DNA of 64,000 nt from Giardia intestinalis (lineage: Eukaryota), in NCBI GenBank assembly GCA_000002435.2, contig CM018791.1; one strand, written 5' to 3'. The notes under the pieces were generated by a model. It was not told where the DNA came from, did not search any database, and was given only the letters and a program-made list of their open reading frames with translations. Numbering within the stretch: position 1 is the stretch's first letter; each line of letters opens with the position of its first letter. The translations under genes were made by a program, and so were the position numbers. This document shows, in pieces, positions 23,701 to 31,654 of the stretch.

Positions 23701-26399
23701 ACATATCGCGCATTGTTACTAATATGTTGACAGAGTCATCTATCGTCGTCAAAGCAACTAGTGTGCTCTCTGCAGTACAGAACTTTGTCACAGTTAGCAA
23801 AACGTCTGGAGCAGAGAGTCTTTCCGCTATATCGCAAGCCTACTCTAATATTCTCCGAGGAATCTCATGGCAGGTAGCTTCTCTAGAGGATGTTGTTACT
23901 CTTTCGAATGTTTTGCAAAATCTGATGGATCTCCTCCTTGACATTGTGCCCGATATGGCGAGGGCTTATATCAGCGCTGTGCTGGCGGGTGATTCCACTT
24001 TGTTTATTGCCGCGTTTCCAGTCGCACACAATCTTGCACCTATGCCAGTCCCCTTATCTGCTAGGAGGAGTATCTGGAACGATATCGAAACCAGGAGCCC
24101 AACACTCGCTCCTGGTCCTGGTGTCTCCAACTCAAATGCACAGTCCAATGGATGGGTCGTGGAAAGTGACTCCGATTCTGCTGATAACACACGTGCAGCG
24201 GACACTCAAAACTTGCAGCCACCACGAGCCCCGACAACAGGACAACCATCCCAGCCCCATCCAAAGACAGGCTGGGACTGTAATACCGATACCACCGATT
24301 ATAGTGCAGATCCAGATATCGCTGAGAACTGCTGGGCTGCCGACCTGACTGACACAGATTATGAGGCGTGGTCCTCTAACGACGATGTCCCGGAGTCAAA
24401 AGAAGTCACTGATCCACTCAGCGCCAGGGCACTTTATAACGTCTCACAGCAGGGCGCTCCTTCACTTGGCGGTTCCTCTTGCAGACAGGCATATATACCA
24501 ATAGACGCCATTGAAAGGTGTGCAGCAATGCTCAGGCAGGCTATTCGGCTGCGAAAGACAGCAAATCATTATGTACCTTTGACAAAGAATTATTCTCTGC
24601 ACTTATTCAAGGGACTCTTCACTTCCTTGGATGGCGGGATCCCGCCTACTGCACGCTTCGCTCTTCTGAACCTAGACCATGAGAGTGCCATCATGGTAGT
24701 GAAGGATTTCATTATAAATGCATTCGCAGGAGAAGAGGCGAGCCTAACAGTTCCACATCTTGTAAGCCAAGAGGCTAGAGCATTGATCTCTTCCCAGACT
24801 CGATGCGACCAGCACATACTGAGCTCTGTTGGAGTGTTTGCTGTGCTCAACACCTCCTTGATATTTCAGCACCTTTCAGAGTTCATTCTATCATCCTATG
24901 TCTTTTGCCATGGACTGCCTTCAGACCTGCCAATATTTCGTGAAGATACTATTGAGTTTTTAAGATGGGTGTCTGCTAATGCATTAGAAATGGGCCTTGA
25001 TGAGACTTGTGCCATCACCTACTATACAGTCACTATCATCGACAAAGAACCTGATCTGGCCCTCCCCTTAGCACACCTTTTTCTTCGTTATCTTAAGGTA
25101 TATTGCTCTGAAGAAGAAAAGCATACACTAGTTTCAGAAGCAGTGACGAAGCTGTCCTTGAAAGACTCTGCACTAGTTTCCTCGTGGTTAACAGTGTCTG
25201 CTTTGTGTCTTTCCTCCGCCCTTTCTAGAACCGATTCCTCAAATATTGCCAAACTGGCTGTGATTCAGAATCTAGTCTCTGGGGCAGCGGACATCAGTTC
25301 CGAGCATCGATTGGAAGAGGAGGCTACGCTTCAACTTCTCTCCAAGCTTCAGCGAATCCTTGCACAGCTTTCGCGTGAGTTTACCTTAAGCACGTTGGAC
25401 CGTCTTGCAAACATCACGGCGCATCTTACCAACCTGTCTGAGGACTATCTGAGTAGCAACCGTGAGGCAATACTTTTATACATCAAGGTGCGCTATACGA
25501 GCGATGCAACTATTCTAAAACACAAGCTCTTAGCACCAACCTACGAGATTGGCTCTGTCCCCATCTCGAATGTGGATATCACTTCTTGCTCTCCACCTTC
25601 ATGCGACACTTCCTCCAGTGATGACTATCTCCAGCGCTCTCTTGTCACAATCTCGACTATGTTCCCACTCTCTCCTTCTGTAACCTCGCAGTCTCAGGAT
25701 CCCCTTCTTGAGTTTTCATTACGAATGATTGCCTTAGAGTTAGTACGCTCCTCGGTACAGCTTCCTCTGGCTCACTACCTTCTTTTCTGGGAGGCTGCAG
25801 AGGCTCTACTATCAAAGCAGTGTAGCTCTTCGTCTTTCAAGAAGCTGCTTCCAAAACTGGAAGAGGACTCTAGCAATAGAGACAAGTTTTTACTTTTCTA
25901 CACTGCGTTCTACACCACAACTCTTTCCGACATAAATGAATATAGAGACCAGGTGCAGGACAGGCTTGAGCGTCTTTTGCAGCTCACGGCAATACTCTCC
26001 AAGCCAATGCTTAATCTCAAGACCCTGTGTGTCTCACTTGAGCCCAACCAATATCTAGAAAGCCCAGTGTCCCTGCCAATGGTATCCTTATTGGGAATAG
26101 GCGCCCGTGGAAGCGCCCTCCTCCAGAAGATGCAGGGGACTGAGTTTGCAGATACCATAAAGACACTAATGGCGATTAAAGAGGATGTTTACAAGCTAAA
26201 TCTGTACAAGCCAAGTGCACAGCTTGCTGGGGCTTTTCCTCCAGAGCTGGATGGAATATGCACAGGGCTTCTCGGGGTTTATGTTGGAATCTCTGACAAT
26301 GACGTAGAGGCTAGATTGGCAGAGAAGCTCGGCTTAAGCCTTACCAGCGACTTTCGGCCATTAGCCATTCTACGAAATATAGCATCAAAAGTTATTTAA
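14790..26399 (+). CDS. Giant hypothetical protein (3,869 aa).
   Basis: A single uninterrupted 11.6 kb ORF with an ATG in an AT-rich context (gaagaaacaagatATG). No P-loop or other motif is recognisable by eye. Composition is Leu/Ser-rich and helical. Its 3' end overlaps the convergent coiled-coil gene by 15 bp. Confidence 0.8.
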   Translation: MSPVTTELWGRTVHYVSDAHTNHILSRSNGYEGHHHKPPASVRALLQDISGLPRYSNYLFLEGADSTATHGKVSSLTRLYVPIINRPYSVVGPTNVATDRLGITDASFFNETIRVSNSFGPRARGWKCASSPTSDVAICICPALTFRRYLKQKGRDTKSLLDYLKATSSDSLLCFNTTTMELTHSLPLASINNIGPCSDISPIPFEIAATYLYSFMDLAPASASNKSAGTFPPGTYAALLTCCDSRIYLVIVANYKLKYIQLFTVLQPVPNLFASSITALSVQLLSASNSNSEVPRLLLLASGPLALATPQPAIVGLLSGVKANTRPPPVVCAYTVHFAIDASSLPHVTTSVSLVASSFMDLLSVAIQKGKGSLAQIPTPLRVVKNGKGPEIILAGQYRLFLKPLYLRRNGPKTTQVAREIAESAVADVSGISVAASIDAKSITGSVTSNLVPYRAEMVRAFGRNLWYFRRSFEDASSCAKRSLLPDPRTLTVSARFLLIDWLLLIVYIIGLLAYGFYGILIKVLARTEKLTIKVNRRETRGSYAVPVCVHPLLFNRPGGAYHCLIFLSDESVIGAKTVTFLLDHCHNSAPDTGVKLLQLYLLDRSTLQLPKNTHITSLSTRPILLHNDFKTTICSEKPPEYVCPQLLYIKQDQPGDQSAKNRLLSEMPEELSSAIKCASSHLCESIGNFDYRKTHTLLDQATEQLAVKASSSYLYCSSVQRSSLNRTSSSVRSLHSTTVDSTFGALDASTGTTPLLYLCMFSYSSNVFQLNIYTVDNGISCCYSLPISLEAIESSLKNLDALPSFADTADYSELCQAGHLMEMASQTISLSSKEVSTSVVAFHDSCADDTGDSDVDQTPGKKLEAVVLNRSETCRLSRASRIRRSQMIERPLVICAGTCSRQTREDTVRGIGSYLIDYCDLADGPSKTAVSECQSPGNAAAHSPWRQPQSDSYRVLHLPTVRDDAALSFSFTGSVAKTKSVLLPHNPGLCGCTTIEVLFNTKQSSRIAELVSLALAERTVFKYRSGTAYPQAEMFSFKSGSSNDAKAPGANVKQAIDLMNRYIRNGKLLVQPHGDTLSTSASQRTLPKLDAPGSELALLSMLHTVATKDTSDFYQDFATDSSSVINCYALEVMITWFAKGPVVAFSILQKTSILDLVANYHQVLALLYCIVRRTCRFICDTFVLSYRRTVALHRFLSLVELMSVQVGLTRLLEACYKRSVLSILETISLSAVFNDEFLYEVEGLVKSQNTFAHYYDPHHVSDRTPFFVSYNSLLRYVRDFTGKDYSFPDSYEEPSLRKGSPEYIRHINATSLFVATGLLSDIVGHDTPCLPGFLIFYLHLYLCPQQYDDASDVNFAIHQRLKSKATLSATEVAKIATNAAIYRALSQFINMLITSKDIFISFDSFPDHLVSPSTSDVILLLKLWPLSRYMGYQTNSSSSLMRHLLTLNTATSILQNAKDLSEFKSKQSSPDIDEQHTRLQKAFEDSVAHASSFVCRELADSLICAAFSSPTYTALLRELSSKIETQAGAADHAVPLRPSIDAVDCWVDEDGDRDGDQVGCRQTYAQAVKLSCKSDEIILASPTLSAFLDRETVHLGSDSATLQKALIEQLEYSGRYIGFFTSLYYFIGYSFRFDDFLSTDQSLSFVSTPVLGRCTPVTTLLKTTVLEEDAHSQITNAIQLSTVIVKCLIPRIKRAIHEASEYTRAYISDLIDIRTKDGYVEGISILMRTVLNITELPLNDVSNKDMLKIAHVDASFRMYELFKQALEDSIVAKPLLESLREELKQKDMLVVLTTPALFAWKDFCSLSSSASIFTVLACFSLSDSLLPTTKSVVWLGHYYTSAFVTSLLSSMQPNGGNASIDLAELLQGPLPNAYLIGDEISGAIDAILLSCINSQVTDDIFQNTVLVTILHGVLQTPYAMQAIIAQYQYIKLMINTEHPSKSLLNKLLALLVGHTERYLFTSFENNPPALPPFYPLYTHCGLESHFSYDSFKPLVALLYMIALSEENVARLTHAEQKDLYSCLIDCILTPSVRRSSTMTERIESIASLHSMATSGIVLSPMSHLKLRVIQSTEKYTDVYRKMCSSFIFNNSSAGVSSELEEKIRSLLALTESGELFDGVDGPGILIEHALRSRAKEVLSILGIKFDMFSLILESLCYHLQETYNKEFGPYVAGDDREDLRAGAARLTNAESYKLISDVATFSYELLDSISLEGSTHASALLRKYAASSAFKGLAAQTLFFVDADILHTKVPLLLTSIKGVSSSFDSLNSDLSPEATKDLATALLGGDVIGRNIVSDWIDVYHMSFNYYWRHRNNALALTGNAYYPSCVSRILASSVCLLSTKTSSSTEQSSSFDYDSFLLYLLLTTAFFYVSVPASLNAVQSDVAFPKNSGIYEQLLYYSSTTPLPFVCNEPQTEGTTLTNVARNIISKGSQSSSLYSSIRDLRASRRHDLYSHRNRFVANMIKENSPNKSDVASACTLSTLMTCCYVSLFLEYVHRKQSTDGGSLPTPGDSIYRGLVSLVSTAPISNICDPKAPLHYMGIPIFLLAQLKLPFVDNFMIRLTRESWASEPIAAFLYLSLSNSERLVTGLFLSNSISYTQDLPGMTLLSFAVRLLGLEVARADIFRQPMTTDAVGRLLVNAYASQQSSKREVTSLLSLRDLSDDSQTEYFHGMPYHLFLLPAQVSWTEVTKAIKHAIAASTSIFPDSYSSDRLYCQTINRLSSYAGNTSCLLPKALSELADLASDPCWQDQHAQPTILSLLRDILSALLSICHGLLTPGIFYTTVAVILHAFGDGPSSVAGVSDLLKNLRAFSTDYLFLNYILRKYCSQSGESLEILLSLLSAFLSALSFSEDTRAAHRLADAFASNIVHGDPADHVYAQKIYSLYVLFAPPDKQCKTEFLLEALRRLPACRKSWFIPWFTNKAIVPALDLPHEQVREVVRLAYTRNILSDSDPSTSSNLLEFLDLSSTVDISRIVTNMLTESSIVVKATSVLSAVQNFVTVSKTSGAESLSAISQAYSNILRGISWQVASLEDVVTLSNVLQNLMDLLLDIVPDMARAYISAVLAGDSTLFIAAFPVAHNLAPMPVPLSARRSIWNDIETRSPTLAPGPGVSNSNAQSNGWVVESDSDSADNTRAADTQNLQPPRAPTTGQPSQPHPKTGWDCNTDTTDYSADPDIAENCWAADLTDTDYEAWSSNDDVPESKEVTDPLSARALYNVSQQGAPSLGGSSCRQAYIPIDAIERCAAMLRQAIRLRKTANHYVPLTKNYSLHLFKGLFTSLDGGIPPTARFALLNLDHESAIMVVKDFIINAFAGEEASLTVPHLVSQEARALISSQTRCDQHILSSVGVFAVLNTSLIFQHLSEFILSSYVFCHGLPSDLPIFREDTIEFLRWVSANALEMGLDETCAITYYTVTIIDKEPDLALPLAHLFLRYLKVYCSEEEKHTLVSEAVTKLSLKDSALVSSWLTVSALCLSSALSRTDSSNIAKLAVIQNLVSGAADISSEHRLEEEATLQLLSKLQRILAQLSREFTLSTLDRLANITAHLTNLSEDYLSSNREAILLYIKVRYTSDATILKHKLLAPTYEIGSVPISNVDITSCSPPSCDTSSSDDYLQRSLVTISTMFPLSPSVTSQSQDPLLEFSLRMIALELVRSSVQLPLAHYLLFWEAAEALLSKQCSSSSFKKLLPKLEEDSSNRDKFLLFYTAFYTTTLSDINEYRDQVQDRLERLLQLTAILSKPMLNLKTLCVSLEPNQYLESPVSLPMVSLLGIGARGSALLQKMQGTEFADTIKTLMAIKEDVYKLNLYKPSAQLAGAFPPELDGICTGLLGVYVGISDNDVEARLAEKLGLSLTSDFRPLAILRNIASKVI

Positions 26400-29315
26400 A
26401 CCAGATTCTAGCGTCGTATTGAGCTGGCTACGAATATGTCTTGATGAAGATCGCAGAGCCGCGTCAATGATGGGGTAGCTGCCGATGGTATCTGCGGCCG
26501 TGGCTACCGGTTCAGCAGCGTCATAATAGGAGTGATTGGAACTAGTACCAAAATATCCTGCTTCTAAGGCTATGATTTTCTTCATCAAACGACGGGTTTC
26601 TTCGTCCCGCAAATAAAGCTCCTTCTTTAGTAAGCCAATTTCACTCTGGTGCATGAGTATCTCGTTTCTGAGTATAGAGATCAGTTCATCTCGCCGCGCT
26701 AGCTCCACTTGCTCACGATTCTCTATTGACCGAAGCTTGTCGGTGTTTGCACTGTTTGCAGAATGCATGGTTGCCAGTAGTGAGTTATAGGACCTATTCT
26801 GGCGTTCTGTGGCGTCCAGCTTGCCTTGAAGATCGGCCAATCGGGCTGTTAGCTTTTCTGTTTCGTCTTTCGCTGCCGCTTCTGCCTCTGCAAGAGAGTT
26901 GTCTTTTTTCTTTACATCCTCGAGTAAAGTAGCCTTATCCTTCTCAAGAGAAGAGAGCTTATCACGGAGAATCGAGACAGACTGCTTCTCCTTCTCTAGC
27001 TGCTCCGTCAATGCCACACATCGAGCATTGACTTCAGTCAGTATCGTGGTGGTAGCTTCGTTGTGTTCTGGTGAGGGGTCTGTAGATGTGTGCTTATTGG
27101 CCGTCTCGATGTCTGCCATATGCGTCCTGGCAACATTGGTATGTGCGCTCCCTAGTTCAAAGCGTGTTAAATCCTTCTGCAACTCTGCTATTCTGCATTC
27201 GTTTTCCTCAAGCTTTTCTGATAGTAGTTTCTTTTCCACCTCCAGTCTCATCCTAGCCTCTTCCTTCTCAGAAAGCTTCTTTTGCAGCTCGACAATCTCG
27301 CCCTTTGCAGACCCAAGATCTGCCTTCAGAAGATTAATTTGATTCTTGAGCAGTTGTGTTGGCCTGGGGATCATGGTACCGGGCACCATCATGGCATCTT
27401 CCGTGTTGCTGCCCAACGAGCTCCTCTTGCTGCCGTTGTCCTCTTCTTCTGAGGTAAGATCTCGCGGAGTGGTGTTTTGGCTGGCTTCGTACTCGCGCTG
27501 AAGCTGTTTTATCTGCTTTAGAGCATTCTTTAGCTTTGTCTTGTCACTTTTCAGCTTGTCATTTTCTTGACGAAGATGTTGGTTTTCCTGTTCCAACAGG
27601 TTATCGGTCTTTTCCATATGCTTAGCCCTCGAAGGCGTAGAGTCTACATTCTTAAATTGCGACGAAGTTGGCGCAATAGATGCAGGCATAACGACATTGT
27701 TAGCGTCTGACTCTGAATAGATAGTCTCTTCGACAAGTTCCATTTGTATCTTGGGCATTACAGAATCAGTGTGCACGTGACGGGATAATCCTGTTCCAGT
27801 GCGCATTAGAGCGCTTACTTTGGCGCTGAGTTCCCGGTTCTCTGCCTCAAGAGCACTCTTTTCCGCACAGTGTTGCTCAGCAATGGTAGCTTGAAACTGG
27901 GCTTGTTCATCCAACTCGGTCGTCACTTGTTGCAGCTGCGCTTGGAGCGCAATGATCTCCATTTGCTTGTCCATGACCTGTTGTTGATATGTCAACTGTA
28001 GGGCCTCGATATGCTGCGAAGCTTGAAGGGAAGATTGTGGATAGTCAGAAGAACGAGCATCACGCTGCCAATTGACTGACTCTTTAAGCTGGGCTCCAAG
28101 CTCCAAGATTTGCTCCTCTAGGTCAGAAATCTTTTTCTTGAGTTGATTAGATTCATTAGTAGATAGCTTCGCAAACATTTCACGTAGATCTGTCTGAGCT
28201 TCTAGAAGATTAGATTTGGTCATAGTAAGAGTATCTTCAAGCTCATTGACGTAGTTTCTTAGATACTGCACTTCTGCAGCATACTTATCTCGTTCTTCCT
28301 GTAGAAGGGCACTATGAGCTTTCTCATGCTCCAGCTCCTTCTCAATCTCTAACTCTTTCTCAAGTTCCCTTTTCGCGGTCACTTCATTAAGTTTGATTAT
28401 TACGGACGATAGCTCCTGGTCCTTAGCATGCAGCTTTCTTTTATGTTCTAATAGCTCTTGCTCTGTTTGCGCAAGCTTTTCTTCGGCCGCCCGTGCTCGT
28501 GTTTCAAAGAGTTTAGCCCTCTCTATATGGTAGTTCAGTGTTGCCTGCTCGGAGCTGTTAGTCTTAGCAGTCAACATCTGAGCAAGCTCCTCCTTTTCAG
28601 CCAAGAGACGATTGCTTGTGATCGTCGAGTTTGCCAATAGCTGCAGGAGCTTACGGATCTTCTGGGCGTCTGTGGCATCCGGATAGGTGAGGTTAAGTGT
28701 CTGCTGAATGGAATCAATGGATACACCCTGGCGTCGAAGCTGCTGTTCGTCGTCTTCTGTAACTTCTAGGCGGCTGAGTTCACTGGTCATGGATATACTA
28801 ATTGATTGAGATAAGTCTGGATCTTGTCGCGGTGCTGGATCAGGCTTTTTCTGAGGAGGTCTAGTGAAGGAGCGCCCAGAGGAGTTGGCAGTCAAGTGTG
28901 CAAAACGGTTAGGGCGTCCAGTTCCCTCGGAAATCACCACTGCCCGTTTGTTCGGCGTAGTGCTCAGAGTCACCACGTCCTGAGAAGTGCTAGAAAGCTC
29001 GTCAACCTCGATGGCTCCGCAAAGTGCGCTGCCTGAGAGCTGCGAAGTCTGTCTAGCGAGAGAGTTGTGAGAAGGAAAAGGGGCAGGTTGAGCAAAGCGC
29101 CCGCTCTGTTGGAGTTCAGACAAACCGTCTGTATCTTGATGGCTGGGGGTGCCATAGTTCATTGTACTCGGGGTGTAATAGTTCTGAGTGATGGCGGGGA
29201 AAGACGGCGGGTGTATCACTGGGGAAATGTCCGTGCATGTTGGGGACGTCATATCAAAGTCACCCCTGCCAGAAGCTTCATGCACAGCCGCAGTGGAACC
29301 CGTTTGCTTTGACAT
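26385..29315 (-). CDS. Long coiled-coil protein (976 aa).
   Basis: A Ser/Pro-rich N-terminal region of about 230 aa is followed by roughly 700 aa of heptad-repeat coiled coil (E/K/L/Q-rich, e.g. LEEQILELGAQLKES..., ELQKKLSEKEEARMRLEVEKKLL). The track start at 29366 is a GTG. The first ATG is at 29315 (gtaaaattctaaatttcATG). Confidence 0.8.
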   Translation of the reverse strand: MSKQTGSTAAVHEASGRGDFDMTSPTCTDISPVIHPPSFPAITQNYYTPSTMNYGTPSHQDTDGLSELQQSGRFAQPAPFPSHNSLARQTSQLSGSALCGAIEVDELSSTSQDVVTLSTTPNKRAVVISEGTGRPNRFAHLTANSSGRSFTRPPQKKPDPAPRQDPDLSQSISISMTSELSRLEVTEDDEQQLRRQGVSIDSIQQTLNLTYPDATDAQKIRKLLQLLANSTITSNRLLAEKEELAQMLTAKTNSSEQATLNYHIERAKLFETRARAAEEKLAQTEQELLEHKRKLHAKDQELSSVIIKLNEVTAKRELEKELEIEKELEHEKAHSALLQEERDKYAAEVQYLRNYVNELEDTLTMTKSNLLEAQTDLREMFAKLSTNESNQLKKKISDLEEQILELGAQLKESVNWQRDARSSDYPQSSLQASQHIEALQLTYQQQVMDKQMEIIALQAQLQQVTTELDEQAQFQATIAEQHCAEKSALEAENRELSAKVSALMRTGTGLSRHVHTDSVMPKIQMELVEETIYSESDANNVVMPASIAPTSSQFKNVDSTPSRAKHMEKTDNLLEQENQHLRQENDKLKSDKTKLKNALKQIKQLQREYEASQNTTPRDLTSEEEDNGSKRSSLGSNTEDAMMVPGTMIPRPTQLLKNQINLLKADLGSAKGEIVELQKKLSEKEEARMRLEVEKKLLSEKLEENECRIAELQKDLTRFELGSAHTNVARTHMADIETANKHTSTDPSPEHNEATTTILTEVNARCVALTEQLEKEKQSVSILRDKLSSLEKDKATLLEDVKKKDNSLAEAEAAAKDETEKLTARLADLQGKLDATERQNRSYNSLLATMHSANSANTDKLRSIENREQVELARRDELISILRNEILMHQSEIGLLKKELYLRDEETRRLMKKIIALEAGYFGTSSNHSYYDAAEPVATAADTIGSYPIIDAALRSSSRHIRSQLNTTLESGLNNF

Positions 29316-29341
29316 GAAATTTAGAATTTTACACTGGAAAA

Positions 29342-31654
29342 CTATGGGTTCTTGTCGCAGATGCACTTAGCAGACTCTAGGCGTGTTGTTGTTATGCTTC
29401 CGCAGCTAATGCTGGGAGTATTTAAGGCAGAGCTTACAGAACCCGAAGCCGCATCAACTTGTACCGTAAGAACTGTATCTGGCTTATTAGCCCCAGAGAC
29501 CGTTAATGTTGATGTGCTTCCAGCACCGTTCAAAGACACACTATTTGCACCTGCAGGGGAATCCTTTATAACAACGAAGGAGACAGTAATCTCCGAGGTA
29601 CCGGTTAAGGCAGAGATTGTCAGGTTCGTATCTTCTGTTGAATCCGATTGAATATGAGCGAAGTGATTAGGAGATGCATCTGCCTCTGCCGTGATGTTAA
29701 CGCCGCGCTCAGGAGCCAGAGGTGTAACCGTTACTGGACCGCCGGTAATAGAGAATGTATTTCCAGCTCCTCCAACGCTGAGAGTGGAAGTCGTAATGGT
29801 TTCTACCGTCAAGGTTCGATGAGCAATTGTATCGACCGTCATGGACTCTGTAAACACGAGTGTGTTTGCAGTCAGTTTAGAGTTGGAAAGAGACATCGTC
29901 TGAGCATGTATAACGGGTACGTCTAGTTTTTCTGCATTGAGGGTAGTTGCATTCAGCTGTGAACTAATCTCTAGGGTCGTAGCGTTGAGAGTGGCTCTCG
30001 CGCTGGCACTATTCTTAATAAGAGAGACGTTGAATGCAATGGTCACGGCCTTGATTGTGTCAAAGAATGCCCTAGTGACCGTTAGTGCAGAATTAGAAAG
30101 AGTTGTGCCGCTGTTCAATGACTCCAATTGAGTGTCAACGGTCGTCACGTTAATAGAACTACTTCTCTGCTCTAAAAAGCTAGGCGTGATTAGCGAATAC
30201 GTTGTTGGTGCACCTGCTTGTCCTGTAGGTGGTGCTTGTAAAATCGCAGGGTCAGACCAGTTGCTGTACCCCACCAGAGCTTTATTTGTCACTGTCAGAT
30301 TGGCAACCTTTAGGTCAACTAGCTTGATGTAAAGGACAACAATCAATATTATCAATATTATAGTTAATAGGAAAAGAATAATGATGATTATGTAAATCAA
30401 GAGGTGTTCACGCATGACGCTCAGGCACCCGCCGTGTCTCTGCTCCTTCATAATGGTTCTAGATTCATAAAGGGTCGACTCCTCATTAATCAGCACGCGA
30501 GACTCGGCGGTGTAGACAGCATCGTCTATTGATTCAATATGGGAAACAGCTGAAGACTCTGCGCTCGAGATCTCTATAAGCGGGCCCGTACGTCTTACTG
30601 GTACTACTTTAGCTACTGTGATGGCTGGCAGCGGTTCTTGTGACTGCCCTGTGCTCTCCGAGGGCGGTTGATATGTCTCCTGGTTTTGCGGGATTGCATT
30701 AATCGTCTCAACAGGCAATGGAAAAGTTGTAGTAGAGAACCTCTGAAACTGTTCCCTAATAGTTGGATGCAAAATAGCCCCGTCGAAGTAGAAGACGAAG
30801 CGGGGCGCCCCGAAGGAGGCGGCCTCGCGGGCGGCGGCGGGGCGCTCGAGGTACGCCTGGACCTTCCGGTAGCGGAGGTACGTGAGCTCGGCGGCGCGGC
30901 TCCCGGGCTGGGCGCGGAGCTCGGCGGCCGGGGGCGCGTAGAGGACGAAGCGGCGGTCCCGGACGAGGTCGCTCCGGCCCTGGGCGAAGGCGGGGTTGAC
31001 GAAGACCGAGAGCGCGTGGCCGGCGCGGGCGCGGGTGACGACGGCCCCGAGGAAGAGGTCGCCGGGGAGCCGGAGGGGGACGGGGCCCGCGAAGCCCAGG
31101 GGGACGGCGACGGCGCGGAGGAGGGGCGGCCGGGCGAGCGGGAGGGCGTCTGGGCGGGTGCAGCTCTCGCAGCGGAGGCCGACCCGCCGGGCCCCTGCGG
31201 CGAGGGCCTCTCCGGGCGCGAGGACGGCGCTCGCCCCGGGCTGGGAGGGCGCGCCGCACGCGGGGCAGGGCCCGGGGAGCCCGAAGAGCGCGGCGCAGAC
31301 GGGGGCCGGGAGGGAGCGGACGAGCGCCGGGAGCGCCCCGGGGTCTGGGAGCGGCCCGAGCTGCGCGGCAAGAGGCCCCAGGTCGAGCGTCCCCGCCCCG
31401 GCGAGCGCGGCGCGGAGGAGCCCGGCCCAGAGCTGCGGGGCGTCTCCGGCGGGCGGGGGGCCGTCGAGGAGGGCCTCGAGCCGCCCGAGGACGAGCGCCT
31501 GGTGGACGACGCGGAGGAACGCGCCTGCGAGGCCCTCGGGGTCGCCGGCGAGGACGAACGAGGGCGCGGCTGCCGCGGGCGGGCGTCCGTCCCCCGCCGC
31601 CGTGGGCCGGGGCGCCGGGTCGAAGAGGCCCGAGGGCTGCGGCGCAGACGTCAT
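29342..31654 (-). CDS. Compositionally chimeric type II membrane protein. The N-terminal ~290 aa are encoded by ~78% GC DNA (Ala/Pro/Gly/Leu/Arg-rich, with a CPxCG...CxxC zinc-ribbon-like motif). Then comes one TM helix and a ~380-aa Thr/Ser/Asn-rich, N-glycosylation-dense ectodomain.
   Basis: A continuous 770-codon frame starts at the ATG at 31652-31654; the track start at 31666 is a TTG. Codons in the 5' part are almost all NNC/NNG (ttc gtc ctc tac, aag gtc cag gcg tac ctc gag cgc), which supports true coding in this frame. The switch to AT-rich codons is abrupt at ...ttc gac ggg gct att ttg cat cca... (~30775). The TM helix is LLIYIIIIILFLLTIILIILIVVLYI. The C-terminal domain has about 20 NxS/T sequons and repeated NATTL motifs. 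Confidence 0.6.
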   Translation of the reverse strand: MTSAPQPSGLFDPAPRPTAAGDGRPPAAAAPSFVLAGDPEGLAGAFLRVVHQALVLGRLEALLDGPPPAGDAPQLWAGLLRAALAGAGTLDLGPLAAQLGPLPDPGALPALVRSLPAPVCAALFGLPGPCPACGAPSQPGASAVLAPGEALAAGARRVGLRCESCTRPDALPLARPPLLRAVAVPLGFAGPVPLRLPGDLFLGAVVTRARAGHALSVFVNPAFAQGRSDLVRDRRFVLYAPPAAELRAQPGSRAAELTYLRYRKVQAYLERPAAAREAASFGAPRFVFYFDGAILHPTIREQFQRFSTTTFPLPVETINAIPQNQETYQPPSESTGQSQEPLPAITVAKVVPVRRTGPLIEISSAESSAVSHIESIDDAVYTAESRVLINEESTLYESRTIMKEQRHGGCLSVMREHLLIYIIIIILFLLTIILIILIVVLYIKLVDLKVANLTVTNKALVGYSNWSDPAILQAPPTGQAGAPTTYSLITPSFLEQRSSSINVTTVDTQLESLNSGTTLSNSALTVTRAFFDTIKAVTIAFNVSLIKNSASARATLNATTLEISSQLNATTLNAEKLDVPVIHAQTMSLSNSKLTANTLVFTESMTVDTIAHRTLTVETITTSTLSVGGAGNTFSITGGPVTVTPLAPERGVNITAEADASPNHFAHIQSDSTEDTNLTISALTGTSEITVSFVVIKDSPAGANSVSLNGAGSTSTLTVSGANKPDTVLTVQVDAASGSVSSALNTPSISCGSITTTRLESAKCICDKNP

